From the IMG/VR virus record IMGVR_UViG_3300024999_000062: a stretch of 64,000 nucleotides of DNA, one strand, 5' to 3'. The position numbers and the translations under genes were made by a program. Origin of the DNA: a virus. How positions within the stretch are numbered: position 1 is the first letter of the stretch; every line of letters begins with the position of its first letter. The notes under the pieces are model-generated. The model was not told the origin of the DNA. It made no database searches and was given only the letters and a program-made list of their open reading frames with translations. Shown piece by piece: positions 15,676-24,195 of this stretch.

Positions 15676-15981
15676 ATGGGAATCTTAACATTAGTTCTTG
15701 AATCAGGGAACGATTATTCAAAAGTTGAATATAAAACTGACCTTGATGTTACAACTTTAGCTGCCAGAGGTAACTTTACTGTAATGGAAATTTCAGGAAT
15801 GAGTGATCTTGAAAAACATCGTGGATTTGATTTTCAGTGTATTCAACATACTCTTAAAGAGTTTGAAGACTTTGCTTTAGCCCATCATTTAAAACTTTCG
15901 TATGTAGCTACTGATATTGCTGAAACAGTAATTGTTGATTATACTGTTGATAGTTCAAGTTCAGGGAGCTTTGGGGGATAA
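15676..15981 (+). CDS. hypothetical protein with acidic Ser-run C-terminus (VDSSSSGSFGG)
   Basis: A 101-aa ORF immediately upstream of the glycosyltransferase island. Confidence 0.5.
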   Translation: MGILTLVLESGNDYSKVEYKTDLDVTTLAARGNFTVMEISGMSDLEKHRGFDFQCIQHTLKEFEDFALAHHLKLSYVATDIAETVIVDYTVDSSSSGSFGG

Positions 15982-16009
15982 GAAGAACTTTTTAAAGAGA
16001 CTGTAAATA

Positions 16010-16558
16010 ATGCAATTGGTATACTTCTTTGGGGGAGTTTACTCTCTCAACAAAAACATAGGTAAGTCTTACAATCAATATATAGAAATGTTACCCAACG
16101 ATAACAGTTGGGCATGTTTTTTTGATGGAGATGCCTGCTTCTTAACTCCAAATTACGGACATCAGATTACACACATAGTAAATAAATACCCTGAGACGGG
16201 TATGTTTACTTGTATTACAAATAGAGTAGGTAATCTTAATCAATGTTTCAGAGGCCAAATTTCAGCTGATGCTGACATCAAGACTCACAGAAGATTGGCT
16301 CATCAAATTCAATTAGACTCTTATGAAAAAGTAAAAGAGTCCAAGAGCCCTATTTCAGGTATCATGATGTGTATTAAGAAGAGTACCTGGAGAAACTTCC
16401 CATTTGCTGGATCTGGTATTCTTCAAGTGGACAATGATATTAGTAGAAGATTAATAAAAGCAGGAAAGAAGATTTTGATAATGGAGGGAGTTTATCTATT
16501 TCATTACTATCGTTTACTTGAAGGTGGACGTTCATTTAAGCAACATCTCAAGAAATGA
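16010..16558 (+). CDS. GT-A-fold glycosyltransferase-like protein
   Basis: FFDGDACF (DxD-like), GIMMCIKKSTW and DNDISRRL...FHYYR resemble small GT2-type enzymes. Recognised by eye only. Confidence 0.45.
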   Translation: MQLVYFFGGVYSLNKNIGKSYNQYIEMLPNDNSWACFFDGDACFLTPNYGHQITHIVNKYPETGMFTCITNRVGNLNQCFRGQISADADIKTHRRLAHQIQLDSYEKVKESKSPISGIMMCIKKSTWRNFPFAGSGILQVDNDISRRLIKAGKKILIMEGVYLFHYYRLLEGGRSFKQHLKK

Positions 16559-17262
16559 AAAAAGTTATTTATACAGCCATAATTGGAGACTATGATGATC
16601 TCTATAACCCAACTGTCATTACACCAGGGTGGAGTTATGTCTGTTTTACGGATAATGAGACTTTGTTTGCGAAGAGAAAAGACTATATTTGGGATATTAG
16701 GATGGTCAGAGACTCAAGCCTTTCAAATACTAAGTTTGCCAGAAAGATAAAAATACTTCATCATGCTTTCTTGTTTGGATTTGACTTAAGCATCTGGATA
16801 GATTCAAATATTCGAATAATAAGTGACTTAAATGTCTTTGTACAAAGATTTCATAGAATGGACATGACAACTCTGGTACATCCAGATCGTAAGTGTATTT
16901 ATGAAGAAGCTATGGCTTGTATTAGGATGGGAAAGGGCTTAAGAAATGTGATAGAAAAGCAAATGAGTCTTTACCACCAGGTTGGCTATCCCATAAACAA
17001 TGGACTTATAGCTAGTCGTATACTTATTCGTCCCTTTAATAGTAAGATTGAGTATTTAATGACTAAGTGGTGGGATCAAGTTCTTAAGCATAGTCAGAGG
17101 GACCAACTATCTTTTAATTTTGTAGTATGGGAAACTCCCTTAGATATTAGTCTTATTCCTTATAATGTTGTCAAGACTCTATTTCAGTTACGAAAACATA
17201 AACATGGCAATAGTAAGCACCAGAAATACAAGTTTGACGGAAAGAAGTATGTTAAGATATGA
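16555..17262 (+). CDS. DUF616-type glycosyltransferase
   Basis: VIYTAIIGDYDD at the N-terminus, WIDSN in the centre, and HPDRKCIYEEAMAC and QRDQLSFNFVVW blocks match my recollection of the DUF616 family. Confidence 0.6.
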   Translation: MKKVIYTAIIGDYDDLYNPTVITPGWSYVCFTDNETLFAKRKDYIWDIRMVRDSSLSNTKFARKIKILHHAFLFGFDLSIWIDSNIRIISDLNVFVQRFHRMDMTTLVHPDRKCIYEEAMACIRMGKGLRNVIEKQMSLYHQVGYPINNGLIASRILIRPFNSKIEYLMTKWWDQVLKHSQRDQLSFNFVVWETPLDISLIPYNVVKTLFQLRKHKHGNSKHQKYKFDGKKYVKI

Positions 17263-17842
17263 CATTATAAATGCTTTGTTGAAGAAGTGCCAAGGCACTA
17301 GTTATCTTGAAATTGGTGTTCAAGGTAGATGGAAGTGTTATGATAAGGTGACAGCTCTTCATAAAATTGGTGTTGACCCAGACCCAAAAGCTCAAGCAGA
17401 CTTTGTAGGTACTTCTGATGAATTTTTCAAACAGAATAAAGAGAAGTTTGATGTTATCTTTATTGATGGACTACATGAAGACTGGCAGTTTGAAAAAGAC
17501 ATTCTTAATTCTTTGAAATTTATCTCGATGGATGGATATATAGTCTGTCATGACTGTAACCCAAAACTAGAAACTGAACAACAAGTTCCTAGAATTAGTA
17601 AGAGATGGAATGGGAATTGTTGGAGAGCCTGGGTAGCTCTAAAAAGAAAGTTAGCAAATGAAATGTTTGTTATTGACACAGATGAAGGTGTAGGAGTCAT
17701 TTGTTTGAACTTAATGAGTAAACAGTTAAAGTCATCTTCTGACAAGGTAAAGATGATTGATCTAAAATATTCAGATTTAGAGAAAAATAGAAAAGATTGG
17801 CTTGGTCTTATTACTGTTGAACAATTTCAAGAGTGGTTATGA
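17249..17842 (+). CDS. class I SAM-dependent methyltransferase (paralogue 1)
   Basis: YLEIGV, FKQNKEKFDVIFIDGLHE and IVCHDCNP. It is clearly paralogous to 19337-19942. The start was moved to ATG 17249, because the track start at 17165 lies inside the previous gene. Confidence 0.6.
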   Translation: MLRYDIINALLKKCQGTSYLEIGVQGRWKCYDKVTALHKIGVDPDPKAQADFVGTSDEFFKQNKEKFDVIFIDGLHEDWQFEKDILNSLKFISMDGYIVCHDCNPKLETEQQVPRISKRWNGNCWRAWVALKRKLANEMFVIDTDEGVGVICLNLMSKQLKSSSDKVKMIDLKYSDLEKNRKDWLGLITVEQFQEWL

Positions 17843-18504
17843 GACTTTGGTATATCTACAAAGTTACTAACTTAATCACCAACAAAAGCTATGTTGGCCA
17901 ACATTGTTATGAAGGAAGTAGAGCTCCTTTGAATGATCATTACTTTGGTAGTGGTATCTATCTTTTGAGATCAATCAAGAAACATGGTCTGAAAAACTTT
18001 AAAAAAGAAATTCTCATTGAAGATTTGACTTCTCAATTTGCAGCCAACCTTTTTGAAGAATACTTTATTAAGAAAGAAAACACTCTCTTTCCAGATGGGT
18101 ATAATATATTGAAAGGTGGTGATATTGTTGAGAATCCTACGTTCATGAAGGGCAGACATCATACTGAAGAGACAAAAAAGAAGATAGGTAATGCTAATCG
18201 AGGACAAGTTCGGTCTGAAGAGCAGAAAAAGATGATCTCTTTGTGTACCAGAGGCAAACATCACTCTCTGGGAACTAAACAAAAGATGTCTCGTACTCGT
18301 AGAGGTAAACCTCTTACTGAAGAATGGAGGCAAAAAATTAGTAAAGCCTTAATTGGTCATAAGGTTTCAGAAGAACAAAGAGAACATCATTCAAGAATCT
18401 TAACAGGAAGGCACCACTCTCTAGAAACTAAGAAGAAGATGTCAAAAGCCCAAAAATCCTTTCATCTAAAAAGAAAGTTGAATAAATGTCAAGAAGAGCT
18501 ATAA
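17839..18504 (+). CDS. GIY-YIG homing endonuclease with NUMOD3-type repeats
   Basis: WYIYKVTNLITNKSYVGQH (GIY...YIG) is followed by repeated HHTEETKKKIG / HHSLGTKQKMS / HHSLETKKKMS DNA-binding repeats. It overlaps both neighbouring genes and is free-standing. Confidence 0.85.
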   Translation: MRLWYIYKVTNLITNKSYVGQHCYEGSRAPLNDHYFGSGIYLLRSIKKHGLKNFKKEILIEDLTSQFAANLFEEYFIKKENTLFPDGYNILKGGDIVENPTFMKGRHHTEETKKKIGNANRGQVRSEEQKKMISLCTRGKHHSLGTKQKMSRTRRGKPLTEEWRQKISKALIGHKVSEEQREHHSRILTGRHHSLETKKKMSKAQKSFHLKRKLNKCQEEL

Positions 18505-19340
18505 TAATATCAGACAAAAATCGTGCTTCTGGACCCATGGCATCTGCAATCTGTAGCACTAACTATGACATACTTGACTTTAATGACTTAGATCAAGCTA
18601 AGAATTATGACTACTTGATTGTTTGGCATAACAAACCCTTCCCAAGACTTGAGACTAATGCTAGAGTAGGGCTTTGGTTTAATGACTACAGAAATCCAGA
18701 AGCTATCTTTCCAAAAGAGAAAATTAATAGAATTGACTATATCTTTCTTTGTTCAGGTGAGCTTATTTCCGAATATCGTGAGTATCTTAATAGACCAGTT
18801 TACTATATGCCACAGTGTGGGTTTAATCATGGAGACTTCATGGAACCTACAGGTAATATTACTTGGGATGTTCTATTTATTGGTCATGTTCAGCATAAGA
18901 GATATCATCTCTGGAGAAATAAGCTTCTTCACGTAGTAGAAGAGAATTTCAGATTTTGTCTTATAGATAATGAACAGACAACTTCAAATCAAGGCTTATT
19001 GTATAGAGATACAAAGATTAATCTATCTCTAACCCTTCCATGGAAATTGACAACAAGCAATAGACTTTATAATATTCTTGCTGCTGGTGGATTTGCTCTA
19101 GTTTCTTACTTCCCAGGTATAGAGAAGTTATTTAGAAACCATTATCATTTAGCTTGGTTTGAAAGTCCAAGAGAGATGGTAAAGCTTATTAAGTTTTATC
19201 AGCAAAGAGATGGGCTAAGAGAAAGAATAAAAAAGAATGGTTTAGAGTTATATCAACAGAAACATACTGCCAAACATAGAATTGAGAATATGTTTGATAT
19301 TATGGAAGGTAAAGAAACAGAATTTAGAGGGTGGTTATGA
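18486..19340 (+). CDS. CgeB-like (Glyco_trans_1_2-type) glycosyltransferase
   Basis: The C-terminal NRLYNILAAGGFALVSYFPGIEKLF...LYQQKHTAKHRIENM resembles CgeB/DUF3880-type GT-B domains. Confidence 0.55.
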   Translation: MSRRAIIISDKNRASGPMASAICSTNYDILDFNDLDQAKNYDYLIVWHNKPFPRLETNARVGLWFNDYRNPEAIFPKEKINRIDYIFLCSGELISEYREYLNRPVYYMPQCGFNHGDFMEPTGNITWDVLFIGHVQHKRYHLWRNKLLHVVEENFRFCLIDNEQTTSNQGLLYRDTKINLSLTLPWKLTTSNRLYNILAAGGFALVSYFPGIEKLFRNHYHLAWFESPREMVKLIKFYQQRDGLRERIKKNGLELYQQKHTAKHRIENMFDIMEGKETEFRGWL

Positions 19341-19942
19341 TAAATAGAAGAGAGATATTAATTGATTTAGTTAATAGGTACAAGCTTCAGTCCTATCTTG
19401 AGTTGGGATTAAGAGACTCTAGTCTTACTTTTGACCATATCCCTTGTACTTTCAAGTTTTCAGTAGATGTTGAGTCAAGATGTAAGCCAAGTTTTTGTGG
19501 TTCTACAGATGAGTTTTTTAAACAAAGTAAAGAAAAGTTTGATCTAGTTCTTGTAGATGCCAATCATGAAGCTGAATTTGTTTATAGAGATTTGATGAAT
19601 TCAGTAAGATGTCTTAGTGATAATGGTATTGTTGTTCTTCATGATGTATTACCAATAAGGTTTGAAGATACTTCAAATAACCTAGACAATGGTACTGCCT
19701 GGAAGGTTGTGCCTCATGTTTTAAAGTATCATCCAGAATTACATATCTGTACAGTTCCAGAAACGAAGTGCGGGTGTGGAATTGTAATCAAGAACTTTGA
19801 AGGATGGAGAGCAATGCTAGACACCTCTTTTAATCTCTTCTATGACTATCATGTTATGAATCAGTATAGAGTAAAGTCCCAGAATTTAATTTCATATAGT
19901 AGATTGTCTGATTGGGTTCAGAAACCTTTTTATCAATTTTAA
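19337..19942 (+). CDS. class I SAM-dependent methyltransferase (paralogue 2)
   Basis: YLELGL, FKQSKEKFDLVLVDANHE and VVLHDVLP parallel 17249-17842. ATG 19337 overlaps the previous TGA (ATGA). Confidence 0.6.
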   Translation: MINRREILIDLVNRYKLQSYLELGLRDSSLTFDHIPCTFKFSVDVESRCKPSFCGSTDEFFKQSKEKFDLVLVDANHEAEFVYRDLMNSVRCLSDNGIVVLHDVLPIRFEDTSNNLDNGTAWKVVPHVLKYHPELHICTVPETKCGCGIVIKNFEGWRAMLDTSFNLFYDYHVMNQYRVKSQNLISYSRLSDWVQKPFYQF

Positions 19943-19944
19943 TT

Positions 19945-20547
19945 ATGGGAATCTTAAGAATAATCAAAGACTACGAAGAAAGTCAACTTAAACTAAGAGG
20001 TGTTAAGTATGAAGGCTTAGATTGGTGTGAATTGGGGAACCAAGATTTTGATGGTCAGCCAGCAAAAGACATTTATGAGAGTGAAGGTGTTAGTCATACT
20101 TCTATTGACTTGAATGGGCTAGATGGAGCTTTGTCCCTGGATCTATCCCAACCAATAGACTTAAAGAAGAAGTTTGATGTGATTACAAATTATGGGACTA
20201 CAGAACATTGTTGTGACCAGTATGAGTGCTTTAAGAATATTCATATTTTTTGTAAGAAGGGTGGGATAATGATTCATGGAGTGCCATTGGTAGGTAATTG
20301 GAGAAAGCATGGTAGGTATTATTATTCAGAGAAATTCTTTAGAGAGTTAGCTTCTGCTTGCAAGTATGAAGTTCAAGACTTTCAGGTTCTGAATAAAGAC
20401 TATTACCAGAAACCAAGGAATTTGGTTCTTGTTGTATTTGTAAAGAGACAAGCTAATTCATTTATTAGTAAAGAGAAGTTTCAGTCTATTCAAGGTTTGT
20501 TTGATTCAGGAGATATTTCTAAAACTCAAAACTATACTCAACAATGA
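19945..20547 (+). CDS. putative SAM-dependent methyltransferase
   Basis: FDVITNYGTTEHC...CKKGGIMIHGVP resembles the post-II/III blocks of class I methyltransferases, but the match is weaker. The ATG at 19945 is preferred over the TTG at 19912. Confidence 0.4.
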   Translation: MGILRIIKDYEESQLKLRGVKYEGLDWCELGNQDFDGQPAKDIYESEGVSHTSIDLNGLDGALSLDLSQPIDLKKKFDVITNYGTTEHCCDQYECFKNIHIFCKKGGIMIHGVPLVGNWRKHGRYYYSEKFFRELASACKYEVQDFQVLNKDYYQKPRNLVLVVFVKRQANSFISKEKFQSIQGLFDSGDISKTQNYTQQ

Positions 20548-21311
20548 ACTTTATAGAGAAGTTTTGGTCAGAGAATGCCAATAAGTATAAAGGTTCTCAT
20601 TGGGCTTCTTGGGGTGATAATTTTTCAATAGACTTGGAGATAGGTGTAATATCCAGACATATTAATAATGGAGACATGGTCTTGGATGTTGGTTGTGCCA
20701 ATGGGTACTCCACTTTTAAACAAAAAGACAGACATTCAATAAATATTGTTGGGGTGGATTTTTGTTATAACATGGTCAAGGTGGCTCATGAAAGAATGGA
20801 GAAAGAAAAGGCAGAAGGGATAAGCTTTATTAAAGGAGATGTTCGATGTTTACCTTTTGAAAACGATCTGTTCGATGTGACTTACACCACCAGAACCCTT
20901 ATCAATCTCCCAACCTGGAAAGAGCAAATGAAAGGAGTTGAAGAATGTTTGAGAGTAACTAGACCAGGTGGGAAAGTTATTTTATCTGAAGGGTTTGCTG
21001 AGCCACTGTTTAGATTAAATTCTCTAAGAGCTTTGTGTAATCTAAGTCCCTTATATGAACATGACTTCAATAGATATCTGAAGCAAGAACTCCTCGAAGC
21101 TTTTCTAGAAGAGAAGAACATTTACAAGTTTAAGAGTGAAGAGTTTAGTTCTACTTATTATTTAGGGAGTCGTTTTCTTCGAGAGCTTGAACAAACAAAT
21201 GAAAAGTACGAAGGTTATTCTAATCCAATAAATAAAGAGTTTTTTGAATTACAGTCTAAGTTTAAAACAAGAGGATTCGGTATCCAGATAGCCTATGTAA
21301 TTAACAAATGA
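20544..21311 (+). CDS. class I SAM-dependent methyltransferase (Methyltransf_11-like)
   Basis: VLDVGCANGYST (motif I), FDVTYTTRTLINL and TRPGGKVILSE. Confidence 0.75.
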   Translation: MNFIEKFWSENANKYKGSHWASWGDNFSIDLEIGVISRHINNGDMVLDVGCANGYSTFKQKDRHSINIVGVDFCYNMVKVAHERMEKEKAEGISFIKGDVRCLPFENDLFDVTYTTRTLINLPTWKEQMKGVEECLRVTRPGGKVILSEGFAEPLFRLNSLRALCNLSPLYEHDFNRYLKQELLEAFLEEKNIYKFKSEEFSSTYYLGSRFLRELEQTNEKYEGYSNPINKEFFELQSKFKTRGFGIQIAYVINK

Positions 21312-22081
21312 AAGTAGACCAATGTCATATTAGTTCTGGTGTAAGATTTTTTGGAAAAGGTTTCAAGAAAAAATGGGACTTGAAAGATTATTACAGCTCA
21401 ACTAAGCCTTGTATATTTCTAGGGTGTTACCAGACATCTGATGTAACAAAGATAAAAGAACACAAAGGTTTGAAGATTGTTCTCTTTACTGGCTCTGACC
21501 ATGTTAATATTCAACAGTTTGTACTGGAGGATGAAGTTTTTGTGATTAGTGATACAATGATCTGTAGAGACTATTTTAAAGATCTGGGAAACATCAAGGG
21601 CTCGAAGTTTTTAAGAATCCCTTTGAAAGACTATTCTTCATTCACTCCAGTATCAACAGGAAAGAAGATCTATGCTTATCAAGGTAAACCTTTAAGAAGT
21701 TTTCAGTCACATTATAGAAAAGACTTGTTAGATGTAGTAGTCAGGTATTTTGGAGAAGAGAACGTTATTATTGGATATCAAGGTCATGATATTGAGTTTG
21801 TGAAAGAGAATTATTATAAACAATCATTTGTCAATCTTCAATTAACACCAACACCTGGTCTTATAACCAGTATTGAGATGGCTCATATGGGAAGAAGAAG
21901 CATCTCAAATTATCCAGCCCCATATTGTATCCCGTTTGAAACTAGAGAAGATGTGATAAAATTGATTGAAAGAGAGAGAGATTCAGCTGAAAGTACAAAG
22001 GCAGTTGCTCAATTGGCCAGAAACTTTATGTTTCAAGGAGAAGATTGGTTAGACACTAAATTTTGGGAGTATGAACATTAA
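21308..22081 (+). CDS. hypothetical protein within the glyco/methyl island
   Basis: A 257-aa ORF with ATGA overlaps on both sides and no recognised motif. Confidence 0.5.
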   Translation: MKVDQCHISSGVRFFGKGFKKKWDLKDYYSSTKPCIFLGCYQTSDVTKIKEHKGLKIVLFTGSDHVNIQQFVLEDEVFVISDTMICRDYFKDLGNIKGSKFLRIPLKDYSSFTPVSTGKKIYAYQGKPLRSFQSHYRKDLLDVVVRYFGEENVIIGYQGHDIEFVKENYYKQSFVNLQLTPTPGLITSIEMAHMGRRSISNYPAPYCIPFETREDVIKLIERERDSAESTKAVAQLARNFMFQGEDWLDTKFWEYEH

Positions 22082-22697
22082 TTCTTACAGAATAGTTCAG
22101 ATGTTTGAAGAAGAAGTTGCAGAATATACTGGAGCCCCTTTTGCTGTTTCTGTTGATAGTTGTACGAATGCCTTATTTTTATGTTGTAAGTATTTGAATG
22201 TTAGACAAGTAACTATTCCTTCTAAAACGTATCTTTCAGTCCCTCAAGCCATCATTCATGCAGGTGGAGAAGTTATTTTTGACAAGAGAGAGACTTCTAA
22301 TAATTGGAAGGGTGTATATGAACTACATCCATACCCAATATATGATTCTGCCAAACGTTTTACTTCTAACATGTACTTTAATAATTCTTTCATGTGCCTT
22401 TCTTTCCATATAAAAAAGCATTTGAAGTTGGGTAAAGGTGGGATGATATTGACAGATAATAGAGAAGCTGTAGCCTGGTTCAAGAAAATGAGATATGAAG
22501 GGAGATCAGAGAAGATGTATCATGAAGATGATATAGATATGTTAGGTTTTAACATGTACATTACACCTCAACAGGCTGCTCATGGACTAGCTCTAATGCA
22601 GAACATGACAAAAAATAACAAAGATCTTGGTGAGAATAATGGTTACAGGGATTTAACAGAATTTACTGTTTTTAAGAATTGTAAAGTAATAGAGTGA
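22071..22697 (+). CDS. short DegT/DnrJ/EryC1/StrS-type PLP aminotransferase-like protein
   Basis: FEEEVAEYTGAPFAVSVDSCTNALFL and SFHIKKHLKLGKGGMILTD (a Lys-containing PLP block) match the sugar aminotransferase family. It is only 208 aa, against about 370 aa for typical members. Confidence 0.6.
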   Translation: MNINSYRIVQMFEEEVAEYTGAPFAVSVDSCTNALFLCCKYLNVRQVTIPSKTYLSVPQAIIHAGGEVIFDKRETSNNWKGVYELHPYPIYDSAKRFTSNMYFNNSFMCLSFHIKKHLKLGKGGMILTDNREAVAWFKKMRYEGRSEKMYHEDDIDMLGFNMYITPQQAAHGLALMQNMTKNNKDLGENNGYRDLTEFTVFKNCKVIE

Positions 22698-23446
22698 TGA
22701 TTAAACTATCAGTAGCCCTTCCAGTATTTAATAGTAAGAAGATTGCCTGGTTAGCCATGGAGAGTCTTTGTAGACAAAAAAATGTAGATTTTTTATGGGA
22801 ATTAGTAGTGGCTGAAGAAAATACAGGTGAATTTTGTGGTGAAAAATTTTTTAAAGGATATGAGGAGAGATTGAAGAAAGTAGCAGGTACCTTAAAGTAC
22901 ATAAAGCTTACTCAATGGATACCTTTATTCCAAAAGTGGAAGTTAATTGCATCTCAAACCGCTCAGACGTCTAGAACATTCATCTTACAGGCTGCTGATT
23001 GCTATTCTGAACCTCATAGACTAAGTAATACTTTTAGATATGTGAATAAAGGTTATGATTGGGTTCAGAATAAGAAGGGAGTGTTTTTTAATATTCGAAC
23101 TCATCAACACATAGTGTATGAAGATCTAGATGGAGTTCAGAATGCTGGTTTGAATATGGCTACTCTTACAGAGTATATGAGAAATTTACCTGATATACCA
23201 CGAAGAGCTTGTGTTGATGGATGGATTTACAAGAGTGTACAACCTAAGAATAAAATTAATCTTTTTGGTAGTGAATGTTTGTTTGGTGTAGACACACACG
23301 GGTTAAACAATATTTCAATAAAAAGAGAGAAGTTTTTTAATAATCCAGCTTTCCCGTTTACAAAGACTGACTTAAGAATAGAAAGTTGTTTGCCCACCCA
23401 AATCTCCCAAAGACTTTATGCTCTGAGAACAGAATGTTATGAATAA
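22697..23446 (+). CDS. GT2-like glycosyltransferase
   Basis: LSVALPVFNSKKIAWLAMESLCRQ resembles the GT2 N-terminal block, and LQAADCYSEP resembles the DxD region. The ATG at 22697 overlaps the previous TGA. Confidence 0.5.
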   Translation: MIKLSVALPVFNSKKIAWLAMESLCRQKNVDFLWELVVAEENTGEFCGEKFFKGYEERLKKVAGTLKYIKLTQWIPLFQKWKLIASQTAQTSRTFILQAADCYSEPHRLSNTFRYVNKGYDWVQNKKGVFFNIRTHQHIVYEDLDGVQNAGLNMATLTEYMRNLPDIPRRACVDGWIYKSVQPKNKINLFGSECLFGVDTHGLNNISIKREKFFNNPAFPFTKTDLRIESCLPTQISQRLYALRTECYE

Positions 23447-24161
23447 GATTGATGTTGTAATCCCACTAGGTCCAGGTTCCATCTGGCAAGATAATGAAGT
23501 TCGATATGCTATAAGATCAGTTTGTAAGTACTTTGTTGATCTTGGCAGAGTCTTTGTTGTTGGAGAAAAGCCTGACTTTTTAAACTGGTCCAATTCAAGA
23601 TTAGTTCATGTAGATCAAAGAGATGTTCATGGTGATGATAAGGACTTGAATCTGATCATTAAGGTTTTGAAAGCTTGCTATAGTGGTGTAAGTGATCAAT
23701 TTGTTCGAATGAGTGATGACCAGTGTTTTTTACAGCCAGTTCTTGTCAAAGACTTAGTTCCTTATTATTTATATGATCTGAAAACTCGTACTGACTATAA
23801 TAATAGATGGAGTAAGAGACTTGAAAATACAAAAAAAATGTTGTTGGCTGAAAATAAGTCAACTTTTAACTATGAATCTCATTTCCCAATGGTCTATGAG
23901 AGAGAGAAGTTTGTTTCAGTGATGAATGAACTTAAGAATCAAAAAGCTACAATAAATACTTGGTACTTTAACAAGACATTGTCAGAACATCAAGAGATTC
24001 CACAAGGGTATAAGTATACTGCTGAATCTCCAATGTATACTTTTGATGAAAAGATCTTGTTTGCAAGATTCTTAGGGTATAATAATAAGGGAGTTAGGGA
24101 AGGGGTGTTAAAGTCTGTTCTAGAAAGATTTTTTTCTGAGAAGTGTTTTTTGGAAGTGTGA
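23439..24161 (+). CDS. Stealth-like (CR1/CR2-like) putative sugar-phosphate transferase
   Basis: IDVVIPLG..., DNEVRYAIRSVCKYF...RVFVVGEKPDFLNW and MSDDQCFL recall Stealth conserved regions. This is a low-certainty call by eye. Confidence 0.35.
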   Translation: MNKIDVVIPLGPGSIWQDNEVRYAIRSVCKYFVDLGRVFVVGEKPDFLNWSNSRLVHVDQRDVHGDDKDLNLIIKVLKACYSGVSDQFVRMSDDQCFLQPVLVKDLVPYYLYDLKTRTDYNNRWSKRLENTKKMLLAENKSTFNYESHFPMVYEREKFVSVMNELKNQKATINTWYFNKTLSEHQEIPQGYKYTAESPMYTFDEKILFARFLGYNNKGVREGVLKSVLERFFSEKCFLEV

Positions 24162-24195
24162 AGATAATTTTTTATTTTTATAAAAAATAAAACGT

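Noticed and set aside
17165-17248. Long 5' extensions of track ORFs (17165, 10232, 19912, 51192, 42746, 28071, 5266)
   Set aside because: The extensions use TTG/GTG starts or overlap the preceding gene substantially. Internal ATGs placed at or just after the upstream stop fit the compact ATGA/TAATG gene packing better.
17839-18504. Group I intron hosting the GIY-YIG genes
   Set aside because: Both endonuclease genes sit between complete neighbouring ORFs, overlapping them by a few nucleotides. There is no interrupted host gene and no room for intron core structures.
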